Translations under genes and position numbers: made by a program
Source of the DNA: Balanoglossus misakiensis
Lineage: Eukaryota; Animalia; Hemichordata
NCBI GenBank assembly: GCA_040954595.2
Contig: CM082593.2
Location: 8,999,200 to 9,063,199 of the forward strand
Length of the DNA: 64,000 nucleotides
Reading direction: 5' to 3'
Part shown: positions 39,701-53,963 of the stretch, piece after piece
How positions within the stretch are numbered: the first letter of the stretch is position 1
Layout: each line of letters begins with the position of its first letter
The notes under the pieces: model-generated
Databases searched by the model: none
Seen by the model: the letters and a program-made list of their open reading frames with translations, nothing else
What the model was told of the DNA's origin: nothing

Positions 39701-42700
39701 TGGTTACTGTCTGGCCTGGTTAATGTTGACGCAAAGGTTGTCCACCAAACACTCGAAATTAATGGGCAGCATACTGTCCACTCTGGCCTGGTTACTATCT
39801 GGCCTGGTTAATGTTGACGCAAAGGTTGACCCCACCAGACACTCAAAATAATGGACAGGATACTGTCCACTCTGGCCTGGTTACTGTCTGGCCTGGTTAA
39901 TGTTGACGCAAAGGTTGACCCCACCAGACACTCAAAATTAATGGGCAGGATACTGTCCACTCTGGCCTGGTTACTGTCTGGCCTGGTTAATGTTGACGCA
40001 AAGGTTGACCCCACCAGACACTCAAAATTAATGGGCAGGATACTGTCCACTCTGGCCAGGATACTGTCTGGCCTGGTTAATGTTGACGCAAAGGTTGACC
40101 CCACCAGACACTCAAAATTAATGGACAGGATACTGTCCACTCTGGCCAGGATACTGTCTGGCCTGGTTAATGTTGACGCAAAGGTTGACCCCACCAGACA
40201 CTCAAAATAAATGGACAGGATACTGTCCACTCTGGCCAGGATACTGTCTGGCCTGGTTAATGTTGACGCAAAGGTTGACCCCACCAGACACTCAAAATAA
40301 ATGGACAGGATACTGTCCACTCTGGTCAGGATACTGTATGGCCTGGTTAATGTTGACGCACAGGTTGACCCCACCAGACACTCAAAATTAATGGGCAGAA
40401 TACTGTCCACTCTGGCCAGGATACTGTCTGGTCTGGTTAATGTTGACGCAAAGGTTGACCCCACCAAACACTCAAAATTAATGGGCAGAATACTGTCCAC
40501 TCTGGCCAGGATACTGTCTGGTCTGGTTAATGTTGACGCAAAGGTTGAGCCCACCAAACACTCGAAATTAATGGGCAGAATACTGTCCACTCTGGCCAGG
40601 ATACTGTCTGGTCTGATTAATGTTGACGCAAAGGTTGAGCCCACCAGACACTCAAAATTAATGGACAGGATACTGTCCACTCTGGCCTGGTTACTGTCTG
40701 GCCTGGTTAATGTTGATGCAAAGGTTGACCCCACCAAACACTCAAAATTAATGGACAGGATACTGTCCACTCTGGCCTGGTTACTGTCTGGCCTGGTTAA
40801 TGTTGACGCAAAGGTTGACCCCACCAAACACTCAAAATTAATGGACAGAATAATGTCCACTCTGGCCTGGTTACTGTCTGGCCTGGTTAATGTTGACGCA
40901 AAGGTTGACCCCACCAAACACTCGAAATTAATGGGCAGAATACTGTCCACTCTGGCCTGGTTACTGTCTGGCCTGGTTAATGTTGACGCAAAGGTTGACC
41001 CCACCAAACACTCGAAATTAATGGGCAGGATACTGTCCTCTCTGGCCTTGTTACTGTCTGGCCTGGTTAATGTTGACGCAAAGGTTGACCCAACCAAACA
41101 CTCGAAATTAATGGGCAGGATACTGTCCACTCTGGCCTTGTTACTGTCTGGCCTGGTTAATGTTGACGCAAAGGTTGACCCAACCAAACACTCGAAATTA
41201 ATGGGCAGGATACTGTCCACTCTGGCCTTGTTACTGTCTGGCCTGGTTAATGTTGACGCAAAGGTTGACCCCACCAAACACTCGAAATTAATGGGCAGGA
41301 TACTGTCCACTCTGGTCTGGTTACTGTCTGGCCTGGTTAATGTTGACGCAAAGGTTGACCCCACCAAACACTCGAAATTCATGGGCAGGATACTGTCCAC
41401 TCTTGCCTTGTTACTGTCTGGCCTGGTTAATGTTGACGCAAAGGTTGACCCCACCAAACACTCGAAATTCATGGGCAGGATACTGTCCACTCTGGCCTGG
41501 TTACTGTCTGGCCTGGTTAATGTTGACGCAAAGGTTGACCCCATCAAACACTCGAAATTCATGGGCAGGATACTGTCCACTCTGGCCTTGTTACTGTCTG
41601 GCCTGGTTAATGTTGACGCAAAGGTTGACCCCACCAAACACTCGAAATTAATGGGCAGGATACTGTCCACTCTGGCCTTGTTACTGTCTGGCCTGGATAA
41701 TGTTGACGCAAAGGTTGACCCCACCAAACACTTGAAATTCATGGGCAGAATACTGTCCACTCTGGCCAGGATAATGTCTGGCCTGGTTAATGTTGACGCA
41801 AAGGTTGACCCCACCAAACACTTGAAATTCATGGGCAGAATACTGTCCACTCTCCGCCTGGTTACTTTCAGGCCTGGTTAATGTTGACGCAAAGGTTGAC
41901 CCCACCAAACACTCGAAATTTATGGGCAGGATACTGTCCACTCTGGCCTGGTTACTGTCTGGCCTGGTTAATGTTGACGCAAAGGTTGACCCCACCAAAC
42001 ACTCGAAATTAATGGGCAGGATACTGTCCACTCTGGCCTTGTTACTGTCTGGCCTGGTTAATGTTGACACAAAGGTTGACCCCACCAAACACTCGAAATT
42101 CATGGGCAGAATACTGTCCACTCTGGCCAGGATACCGTCTGGCCTGGTTAATGTTGACGCAAAGGTTGACCCCACCAAACACTTGAAATTCATGGGCAGA
42201 ATACTGTCCACTCTCCGCCTGGTTACTTTCAGGCCTGGTTAATGTTGACGCAAAGGTTGACCCAACCAAACACTCGAAATTAATAGGCAGAATACTGTCC
42301 ACTCTCCGCCTGGTTACTGTCTGGCCTGGTTAATGTTGATGCAACGGTTGACCCCACCAAACACTCAAAATTAATGGGCAGAATACTGTCCACTCTCCGC
42401 CTGGTTACTTTCAGGCCTGGTTAATGTTGACGCAAAGGTTGACCCAACCAAACACTCGAAATTAATGGGCAGGATACTGTCCACTCTGGCCTTGTTACTG
42501 TCTGGCCTGGTTAATGTTGACGCAACGGTTGACCCCACCAAACACTCGAAATTAATGGGCAGAATACTGTCCACTCTCAGCCTGGTTACTGTCTGGCCTG
42601 GTTAATGTTGACGCAAAGGTTGACCCAACCAAACACTCGAAATTAATGGGCAGAATACTGTCCACTCTGGCCTTGTTACTGTCTGGCCTGGTTAATGTTG

Positions 42701-45700
42701 ACGCAAAGGTTGACCCCACCAAACACTCGAAATTAATGGGCAGAATACTGTCCACTCTGGCCTTGTTACTGTCTGGCCTGGTTAATGTTGACGGAAAGGT
42801 TGACCCCACCAAACACTCGAAATTAATGGGCAGAATACTGTCCACTCTGGCCTGGTTACTGTCTTGCCTGGTTAATGTTGACGCAAAGGTTGACCCCACC
42901 AAACACTCGAAATTAATGGGCAGAATACTGTCCACTCTGGCCTTGTTACTGTCTGGCCTTGTTAATGTTGACGCAAAGGTTGACCCCACCAAACACTCGA
43001 AATTAATGGGCAGAATACTGTCCAATCTCTGCCTGGTTACTGTCTGGCCTGGTTAATGTTGACGCAACGGTTGACCCCACCAAACACTCGAAATTAATGG
43101 GCAGGATACTGTCCACTCTGGCCTTGTTACTGTCTGGCCTGGTTAATGTTGACGCAAAGGTTGACCCCACCAAACACTTGAAATTAATGGGCAGAATACT
43201 GTCCAATCTCCGCCTGGTTACTGTCTGGCCTGGTTAATGTTGACGCAAAGGTTGACCCCACCAAACACTCGAAATTAATAGGCAGAATACTGTCCACTCT
43301 GGCCTTGTTACTGTCTGGCCTTGTTAATGTTGACGCAAAGGTTGACCCCACCAAATACTCGAAATTAATGGGCAGAATACTGTCCAATCTCTGCCTGGTT
43401 ACTGTCTGGCCTGGTTAATGTTGACGCAACGGTTGACCCCACCAAACACTCGAAATTAATGGGCAGGATACTGTCCACTCTGGCCTTGTTACTGTCTGGC
43501 CTGGTTAATGTTGACGCAAAGGTTGACCCCACCAAACACTTGAAATTAATGGGCAGAATACTGTCCAATCTCCGCCTGGTTACTGTCTGGCCTGGTTAAT
43601 GTTGACGCAACGATTGACCCCACCAAACACTCGAAATTAATGGGCAGGATACTGTCCACTCTGGCCTTGTTACTGTCTGGCCTGGTTAATGTTGACGCAA
43701 AGGTTGACCCCACCAAACACTCAAAATTAATGGGCAGAATACTGTCCAATCTCCGCCTGGTTACTGTCTGGCCTGGTTAATGTTGACGCAAAGGTTGACC
43801 CCACCAAACACTCGAAATTAATGGGCAGGATACTGTCCACTCTGGCCTTGTTACTGTCTGGCCTGGTTAATGTTGACGCAAAGGTTGACCCCACCAAACA
43901 CTTGAAATTCATGGGCAGAATACTGTCCACTCTCCGCCTGGTTACTTTCAGGCCTGGTTAATGTTGACGCAAAGGTTGACCCAACCAAACACTCGAAATT
44001 AATGGGCAGAATACTGTCCACTCTCTGCCTGGTTACTTTCAGGCCGGGTTAATGTTGACGCAAAGGTTGACCCAACCAAACATTCGAAATTAATAGGCAG
44101 AATACTGTCCACTCTCCGCCTGGTTACTGTCTGGCCTGGTTAATGTTGACGCAACGGTTGACCCCACCAAACACTCGAATTTAATGGGCAGAATACTGTC
44201 CACTCTCCGCCTGGTTACTGTCTGGCCTGGTTAATGTTGACGCAAAGGTTGACCCAACCAAACACTCGAAATTAATGGGCAGAATACTGTCCTCTCTGGC
44301 CTTGTTACTGTCTGGCCTGGTTAATGTTGACGCAAAGGTTGACCCCACCAAACACTCGAAATTAATGGGCAGAATACTGTCCACTCTGGCCTGGTTACTG
44401 TGTGCTCTGGTTAATGTTGACGCAAAGGTTGACCCCACCAAACACTCGAAATTAATGGGCAGAATACTGTCCACTCTGGCCTGGTTAGTGTCTTGCCTTG
44501 TTAATGTTGACGCAAAGGTTGACCCCACCAAACACTCGAAATTAATGGGCAGAATACTGTCCAATCTCTGCCTGGTTACTGTCTGGCCTGGTTAATGTTG
44601 ACGCAACGGTTGACCCCACCAAACACTCGAAATTAATGGGCAGGATACTGTCCACTCTGGCCTTGTTACTGTCTGGCCTGGTTAATGTTGACGCAAAGGT
44701 TGACCCCACCAAACACTTGAAATTAATGGGCAGAATACTGTCCAATCTCCGCCTGGTTACTGTCTGGCCTGGTTAATGTTGACGCAAAGGTTGACCCCAC
44801 CAAACACTCGAAATTAATAGGCAGAATACTGTCCACTCTGGCCTTGTTACTGTCTGGCCTTGTTAATGTTGACGCAAAGGTTGACCCCACCAAATACTCG
44901 AAATTAATGGGCAGAATACTGTCCAATCTCTGCCTGGTTACTGTCTGGCCTGGTTAATGTTGACGCAACGGTTGACCCCACCAAACACTCGAAATTAATG
45001 GGCAGGATACTGTCCACTCTGGCCTTGTTACTGTCTGGCCTGGTTAATGTTGACGCAAAGGTTGACCCCACCAAACACTTGAAATTAATGGGCAGAATAC
45101 TGTCCAATCTCCGCCTGGTTACTGTCTGGCCTGGTTAATGTTGACGCAACGGTTGACCCCACCAAACACTCGAAATTAATGGGCAGGATACTGTCCACTC
45201 TGGCCTGGTTAGTGTCTTGCCTTGTTAATGTTGACGCAAAGGTTGACCCCACCAAACACTCGAAATTAATGGGCAGAATACTGTCCAATCTCTGCCTGGT
45301 TACTGTCTGGCCTGGTTAATGTTGACGCAACGGTTGACCCCACCAAACACTCGAAATTAATGGGCAGGATACTGTCCAATCTCCGCCTGGTTACTTTCAG
45401 GCCGGGTTAATGTTGACGCAAAGGTTGACCCAACCAAACATTCGAAATTAATAGGCAGAATACTGTCCACTCTCCGCCTGGTTACTGTCTGGCCTGGTTA
45501 ATGTTGACGCAACGGTTGACCCCACCAAACACTCGAATTTAATGGGCAGAATACTGTCCACTCTCCGCCTGGTTACTGTCTGGCCTGGTTAATGTTGACG
45601 CAAAGGTTGACCCAACCAAACACTCGAAATTAATGGGCAGAATACTGTCCTCTCTGGCCTTGTTACTGTCTGGCCTGGTTAATGTTGACGCAAAGGTTGA

Positions 45701-48700
45701 CCCCACCAAACACTCGAAATTAATGGGCAGAATACTGTCCACTCTGGCCTGGTTACTGTGTGCTCTGGTTAATGTTGACGCAAAGGTTGACCCCACCAAA
45801 CACTCGAAATTAATGGGCAGAATACTGTCCACTCTGGCCTGGTTAGTGTCTTGCCTTGTTAATGTTGACGCAAAGGTTGACCCCACCAAACACTCGAAAT
45901 TAATGGGCAGAATACTGTCCAATCTCTGCCTGGTTACTGTCTGGCCTGGTTAATGTTGACGCAACGGTTGACCCCACCAAACACTCGAAATTAATGGGCA
46001 GGATACTGTCCACTCTGGCCTTGTTACTGTCTGGCCTGGTTAATGTTGACGCAAAGGTTGACCCCACCAAACACTTGAAATTAATGGGCAGAATACTGTC
46101 CAATCTCCGCCTGGTTACTGTCTGGCCTGGTTAATGTTGACGCAAAGGTTGACCCCACCAAACACTCGAAATTAATAGGCAGAATACTGTCCACTCTGGC
46201 CTTGTTACTGTCTGGCCTTGTTAATGTTGACGCAAAGGTTGACCCCACCAAATACTCGAAATTAATGGGCAGAATACTGTCCAATCTCTGCCTGGTTACT
46301 GTCTGGCCTGGTTAATGTTGACGCAACGGTTGACCCCACCAAACACTCGAAATTAATGGGCAGGATACTGTCCACTCTGGCCTTGTTACTGTCTGGCCTG
46401 GTTAATGTTGACGCAAAGGTTGACCCCACCAAACACTTGAAATTAATGGGCAGAATACTGTCCAATCTCCGCCTGGTTACTGTCTGGCCTGGTTAATGTT
46501 GACGCAACGGTTGACCCCACCAAACACTCGAAATTAATGGGCAGGATACTGTCCACTCTGGCCTGGTTAGTGTCTTGCCTTGTTAATGTTGACGCAAAGG
46601 TTGACCCCACCAAACACTCGAAATTAATGGGCAGAATACTGTCCAATCTCTGCCTGGTTACTGTCTGGCCTGGTTAATGTTGACGCAACGGTTGACCCCA
46701 CCAAACACTCGAAATTAATGGGCAGGATACTGTCCACTCTGGCCTTGTTACTGTCTGGCCTGGTTAATGTTGACGCAAAGGTTGACCCCACCAAACACTT
46801 GAAATTAATGGGCAGAATACTGTCCAATCTCCGCCTGGTTACTGTCTGGCCTGGTTAATGTTGACGCAAAGGTTGACCCCACCAAACACTCGAAATTAAT
46901 AGGCAGAATACTGTCCACTCTGGCCTTGTTACTGTCTGGCCTTGTTAATGTTGACGCAAAGGTTGACCCCACCAAATACTCGAAATTAATGGGCAGAATA
47001 CTGTCCAATCTCTGCCTGGTTACTGTCTGGCCTGGTTAATGTTGACGCAACGGTTGACCCCACCAAACACTCGAAATTAATGGGCAGGATACTGTCCACT
47101 CTGGCCTTGTTACTGTCTGGCCTGGTTAATGTTGACGCAAAGGTTGACCCCACCAAACACTTGAAATTAATGGGCAGAATACTGTCCAATCTCCGCCTGG
47201 TTACTGTCTGGCCTGGTTAATGTTGACGCAACGGTTGACCCCACCAAACACTCGAAATTAATGGGCAGGATACTGTCCACTCTAGCCTTGTTACTGTCTG
47301 GCCTGGTTAATGTTGACGCAAAGGTTGACCCCACCAAACACTCGAAATTAATGGGCAGAATACTGTCCAATCTCCGCCTGGTTACTGTCTGGCCTGGTTA
47401 ATGTTGACGCAAAGGTTGACCCCACCAAACACTCGAAATTAATGGGCAGGATACTGTCCACTCTGGCCTTGTTACTGTCTGGCCTGGTTAATGTTGACGC
47501 AAAGGTTGACCCCACCAAACACTTGAAATTCATGGGCAGAATACTGTCCACTCTCCGCCTGGTTACTTTCAGGCCTGGTTAATGTTGACGCAAAGGTTGA
47601 CCCAACCAAACACTCGAAATTAATGGGCAGAATACTGTCCACTCTCTGCCTGGTTACTTTCAGGCCGGGTTAATGTTGACGCAAAGGTTGACCCAACCAA
47701 ACATTCGAAATTAATAGGCAGAATACTGTCCACTCTCCGCCTGGTTACTGTCTGGCCTGGTTAATGTTGACGCAACGGTTGACCCCACCAAACACTCGAA
47801 TTTAATGGGCAGAATACTGTCCACTCTCCGCCTGGTTACTGTCTGGCCTGGTTAATGTTGACGCAAAGGTTGACCCAACCAAACACTCGAAATTAATGGG
47901 CAGAATACTGTCCTCTCTGGCCTTGTTACTGTCTGGCCTGGTTAATGTTGACGCAAAGGTTGACCCCACCAAACACTCGAAATTAATGGGCAGAATACTG
48001 TCCACTCTGGCCTGGTTACTGTGTGCTCTGGTTAATGTTGACGCAAAGGTTGACCCCACCAAACACTCGAAATTAATGGGCAGAATACTGTCCACTCTGG
48101 CCTGGTTAGTGTCTTGCCTTGTTAATGTTGACGCAAAGGTTGACCCCACCAAACACTCGAAATTAATGGGCAGAATACTGTCCAATCTCTGCCTGGTTAC
48201 TGTCTGGCCTGGTTAATGTTGACGCAACGGTTGACCCCACCAAACACTCGAAATTAATGGGCAGGATACTGTCCACTCTGGCCTTGTTACTGTCTGGCCT
48301 GGTTAATGTTGACGCAAAGGTTGACCCCACCAAACACTTGAAATTAATGGGCAGAATACTGTCCAATCTCCGCCTGGTTACTGTCTGGCCTGGTTAATGT
48401 TGACGCAACGGTTGACCCCACCAAACACTCGAAATTAATGGGCAGGATACTGTCCACTCAGGCCTTGTTACTGTCTGGCCTGGTTAATGTTGACGCAAAG
48501 GTTGACCCTACCAAACACTTGAAATTAATGGGCAGAATACTGTCCAATCTCCGCCTGGTTACTGTCTGGCCTGGTTAATGTTGACGCAACGGTTGACCCC
48601 ACCAAACACTCGAAATTAATGGGCAGGATACTGTCCACTCTGGCCTTGTTACTGTCTGGCCTGGTTAATGTTGACGCAAAGGTTGACCCCACCAAACACT

Positions 48701-51452
48701 CGAAATTAATGGGCAGAATACTGTCCAATCTCCGCCTGGTTACTGTCTGGCCTGGTTAATGTTGACGCAAAGGTTGACCCCACCAAACACTCGAAATTAA
48801 TGGGCAGGATACTGTCCACTCTGGCCTTGTTACTGTCTGGCCTGGTTAATGTTGACGCAAAGGTTGACCCCACCAAACACTTGAAATTCATGGGCAGAAT
48901 ACTGTCCACTCTCCGCCTGGTTACTTTCAGGCCTGGTTAATGTTGACGCAAAGGTTGACCCAACCAAACACTCGAAATTAATAGGCAGAATACTGTCCAC
49001 TCTCCGTCTGGTTACTGTCTGGCCTGGTTAATGTTGACGCAACGGTTGACCCCACCAAACACTCAAAATTAATGGGCAGAATACTGTCCACTCTCTGCCT
49101 GGTTACTTTCAGGCCGGGTTAATGTTGACGCAAAGGTTGACCCAACCAAACACTCGAAATTAATGGGCAGGATACTGTCCACTCTGGCCGTGTTACTGTC
49201 TGGCCTGGTTAATGTTGACGCAACGGTTGACCCCACCAAACACTCGAAATTAATGGGCAGAATACTGTCCACTCTCCGCCTGGTTACTGTGTGCTCTGGT
49301 TAATGTTGACGCAACGGTTGACCCCACCAAACACTCGAAATTAATGGGCAGAATACTGTCCACTCTCCGCCTGGTTACTGTCTGGCCTGGTTAATGTTGA
49401 CGCAAAGGTTGACCCAACCAAACACTCGAAATTAATGGGCAGAATACTGTCCACTCTGGCCTTGTTACTGTCTGGCCTGGTTAATGTTGACGCAAAGGTT
49501 GACCCCACCAAACACTCGAAATTAATGGGCAGAATACTGTCCACTCTGGCCTGGTTACTGTTTTGCCTGGTTAATGTTGACGCAAAGGTTGACCCCACCA
49601 AACACTCGAAATTAATTGGCAGAATACTGTCCACTCTGGTCTTGTTACTGTCTGGCCTGGTTAATGTTGACGCAAAGGTTGACCCCACCAAACACTCGAA
49701 ATTAATGGGCAGAATACTGTCCAATCTCCGCCTGGTTACTGTCTGTCCTGGTTAATGTTGACGCAACGGTTGACCCCACCAAACACTCGAAATTAATGGG
49801 CAGCATACTGTCCACTCTGGCCTGGTTTCTGTGTGCTGTGGTTAATGTTGACACACTCTGGCCTGGTTACTGTGTGCTCTGGTTAATGTTGACGGAAAGG
49901 TTGACCCCACCAAACACTCAAAATTAATGGGCAGCATACTGTCCACTCTTGCCTGGTTACTGTGTGCTCTGGTTAATGTTGACGGAAAGGTTGACCCCAC
50001 CAAACACTCAAAATTAATGGGCAGCATACTGTAGACTCTGGCCTGGTTACTGTGTGCTCTGGTTAATGTTGACACAAAGGTTGACCCCACCAAATACTAA
50101 AAATTAATGGGCAGCATACTATCCACTCTGGCCTGGTTACTGTGTGCTCTGGTTAATGTTGACGGAAAGGTTGACCCCACCAAACACTCACAATTAATGG
50201 GCAGCATACTGTCCACTCAGGCCTGGTTACTGTGTGCTCTGGTTAATGTTGACGCAAAGGTTGTCCACCACACACTCAAAATTAATGGGCAGCATACTGT
50301 CCACTCTGGCCTGGTTTCTATCTGGCCTGGTTAATGTTGACACAAAGGTTGACCCCACCGAACACTCAAAATCAATGGGCAGCATACTGTCCACTCTGGC
50401 CTGGTTACTGTGTGCTCTGGTTAATGTTGACATAAAGGTTGACCCCACCAAACACTCAAAATTAATGGGCAGCACACTGTCCACTCTGGCCTGGTTACTG
50501 TGTGCCCTGGATAATGTTGACGCAAAGGTTGACCCCACTAAACACTCAAAATTAATGGGCAGAATACTGTCCACTCTGGCCTGGTTAATGTGTGCTCTGG
50601 TTAATGTTGACGCAAAGGTTGACCCCTACTAAACACTCAAAATTAATGGGCAGCATACTGTCCACTCTGGCCTGGTTACTGTGTGCTCTGGTTAATGTTG
50701 ACACAAAGGTTGACCCCACAAAACACTCAAAATTAATGGGCAACATACTGTCCACTCTGGCCTGGTTACTGTGTGCTCTGGTTAATGTTGACGCAAAGGT
50801 TGACCCCACCAAACACTCAAAATTAATGGGCAGCATACTGTCCACTCTGGCCTGGTTACTGTGTGCCCTGGTTAATGTTGACGCAAAGGTTGACCCCACC
50901 AAACACTCAAAATTAATGGGCAGCATACTGTACACTCTGGCCTGGTTACTGTGTGCTCTGGTTAATGTTGACGCAAAGGTTGACCCCACCAAACACTCAA
51001 AATTAATGGGCAGCATACTGTCCACTCTGGCCTGGTTACTGTGTGCTCTGGTTAATGTTGACGCAAAGGTTGACCCCACCAAACACTCAAAATAAATGGG
51101 CAGCATACTGTCCACTCTTGCCTGGTTGCTGTGTGCTCTGGTTAATGTTGACGCACAGGTTGTCCCCACCAAACACTCAAAATTAATGGGCAACATACTG
51201 TCCACTCTGGCCTGGTTACTGTGTGCTCTGGTTAATGTTGACGCAAAGGTTGACCCCACCAATCACTCAAAATTAATGGGCAGCATACTGTCCACTCTGG
51301 CCTGGTTACTGTGTGCTCTGGTTAATGTTGACGGAAAGGTTGACCCCACCAAACACTCAAAATTAATGGGCAGCATACTGTCCACTCTGGCCTGGTTACT
51401 GTGTGCTCTGGTTAATTTTGACGCAAAGGTTGACCCCACCAAACACTCAAAA
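36785..51452. repeat. 90-bp satellite array, ~160 monomers (88/89/90/91-bp variants)
   Basis: Consensus CCACCAAACACTCGAAATTAATGGGCAGAATACTGTCCACTCTGGCCTGGTTACTGTCTGGCCTGGTTAATGTTGACGCAAAGGTTGACC repeated head-to-tail; generates the periodic 30-aa ORFs in the ORF track. Confidence 0.98.
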
Positions 51453-53239
51453 CCAGATATTAACTGAATATGCTCACGTGCAGTACTGTGATTGGTTGAC
51501 AGAATAACAAGATAAGAAAAACCAGTGTTAAACCATGTTGGTTTATAGTGTATATGGTGCAAGGGTTGTGTGTTGCACCTTGTGAAATGTAAACATGTTT
51601 GTGGAATTGTTGCCTTGTCAATTTTTGTAAGGGGTTAGGGACGATGTCAAATAACAAAAAATAAGTTTAGCTTGAAACCCCTGCACTCCCCCTTGTAACC
51701 TAATTGTTGAATACTGATCAGTGCCTCTTATTATTTCATTATTGTGACAACTCCATATTTAAACCATAACCAGGATAGAAAAGTACACTATCACACATAT
51801 TGATTTTTCGACAATATTTGAATGAAAACATTTCTTTTCAATTCTGAGTTTACATCAGGTCTTGATTGATTTTTCTGCTTATAGAATAAGAATATGCAAT
51901 GTAAAGAATTCTCGACTTACTCAACTATTTTGTTCGATGGAACACTTTTTTGGGTCAAAACCCCCACCCCCTAAACTTCAAGAAGTAAGATTTTTATCAG
52001 ACCTGAATCCTTTGACATCGTCCCTTAACTTGGCAAGGGGTACTGGAAATTGAGGTGGTTGTGATGCAACAGGTGTGCCCTCGTGTGTTAATAGAAGAGA
52101 GGATGAAGTCAGTGGGCTAACCATTGCTGTTGAGGGCGCTCTTACATATTCGAGGTTGCAGGTTGAGCTTTGTATCGTTTGCATTTTAAATAAAATGTGT
52201 AGAGCTATGGATGAGATCTAATATCCAACATGGAATAGTAAAAAAGGAGTCTTATACCAGTTCCTGAACAAAAAAAATTAACGTCAGATTTGTTTTCTTG
52301 ATAAAATTTCACTACAGATTGATAAGAAATGTGAGAAAAATTGTCCTCTGCTTTCATTATGGTCTTGCATCATACCCAGGGTTAGTGTTGGTCATTCAAG
52401 TTTAATGAGAAAATTTCCTAAAACACCAATTTGAGGTTTCGTAACACATAACACCCATAGGGACTTTAACACCAAATTTCAGACACAGCAGACAAATACT
52501 TTTAGAGAAGTTTTATTGATCAGAACTAACTATTTCCCCAAATAGGGATAAAACACCAAAAAATAGAAAACTAAAGATCTCTTCACAACAGGTGGTCTAC
52601 ACAAGGTACTGCATACCAATTTTCAAAGCAATCCGAACAGCAGTTCTGGAGTCAATTTTCCACATTTGAGCTTAGTATAATTTGGGCAATGTCACCTTCA
52701 TTTGAATGAAACTACAGCAGTTCTCAATTTTTTTTGCAATATATCGATGCTGAATTGTGCTATAAACCTGCATTGGTATGTGTACCGAAACAGATGTAGA
52801 AAATATCGCTGTTCTACACTAGTGGTTGTAATAATTCAAACATCTGGTAAGAAAATGAATGTGTCCTACATTGGCAACAGAATCAGATATCTGGTAGGTA
52901 AAAGCTCACATTGGTGTGGATACAAAGTGTGAAGTTGCGTTAATTTTAACAGACACAAGAACAGGAACAAAGTAAACAAATTTAAAAAAAGCAACAATTG
53001 TCTTAGAACTTACTATGGATGAGAATGGTCTGGAAGACGTACACACCACATATTTTATGCCAGCTATATAAGTGTAGCTCGTATTAGAAATATTGCTGAA
53101 AATGGTCTCCCCCCCCCCCCAAAATACAAATTTGTGGGTTTTCCTACACCTCGATCAAATGATTCATCTCACATCCCGAAAAATGTGCATAGTAAATTTT
53201 AAAGCTATTAGGAGTACTCTGATAGAAAAGTGAACTTGA

Positions 53240-53820
53240 CAAAAAATGCCTTAAAACATAACTTTGCATATTTTAAGCACATTTAATAAAAACAATCTGA
53301 TTACTGTTATCCCTGGGTTTCTGAATGCCAAATATCAAAGCCATCCCATGTACAGTATTTTAGGAAGATTTGAAAAGAATTTCTGAACAAACTGCTTTAA
53401 AACACAAATTATTACTTTTAAAGGACACTTAAAAAAATCTATTTACTGTTATCCCTAGGCTTCTGAATACCTAATATCAAAGCCATCTGATGTGCAGTAT
53501 TTTAGGAAGATTTCAAAAGAACTGAGCAAACAGCCTTAAAACACAAATTTGCATATTTTAAGCACACTGAAAAAAACTCTATTCACTGTCATTCCTGGGC
53601 TTTTGAATACCTAATATCAAAGCTGTCCAATGTGCATTTTTTTGGAGGAGAGTTCAAATGAATTAATGAACAAACTGCCTCAAAACACAAATGTACATAT
53701 TTTAAGCACACTTTTAAAAAATCTTATTACTGTCATTCCTGTGTCTGAGTACCAAATATCAAAGTCGTCTGATGTGCACGTTTGATGAAAAAGACTTCTA
53801 AAATATTTTTGAAGAAACTA
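53240..53820. repeat. Degenerate ~143-bp tandem repeat, ~4 copies
   Basis: Recurrent TTTGCATATTTTAAGCAC...ACTGT.AT.CCT.G...AATATCAAAG blocks near 53262, 53405, 53547 and 53692; resembles the HINE-like internal repeats in reverse orientation. Confidence 0.65.
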
Positions 53821-53963
53821 TCTTAAATTCTAATGTCCAATGAGTTCGTGTGGATAACAAAACTGAAACTATTCACCACTCTAATAGTGGCTGAAAACAT
53901 TGAAATCCTAGCAATGCGCCTGCAGAGTCATTGTAAAAGAATGTGATGTATGGTAGGGAAAGC

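Noticed and set aside
39808-41881. 680-aa and 526-aa ORFs as real protein genes
   Set aside because: By-products of a stop-free 90-bp satellite monomer; neighbouring monomers are repeatedly frameshifted.
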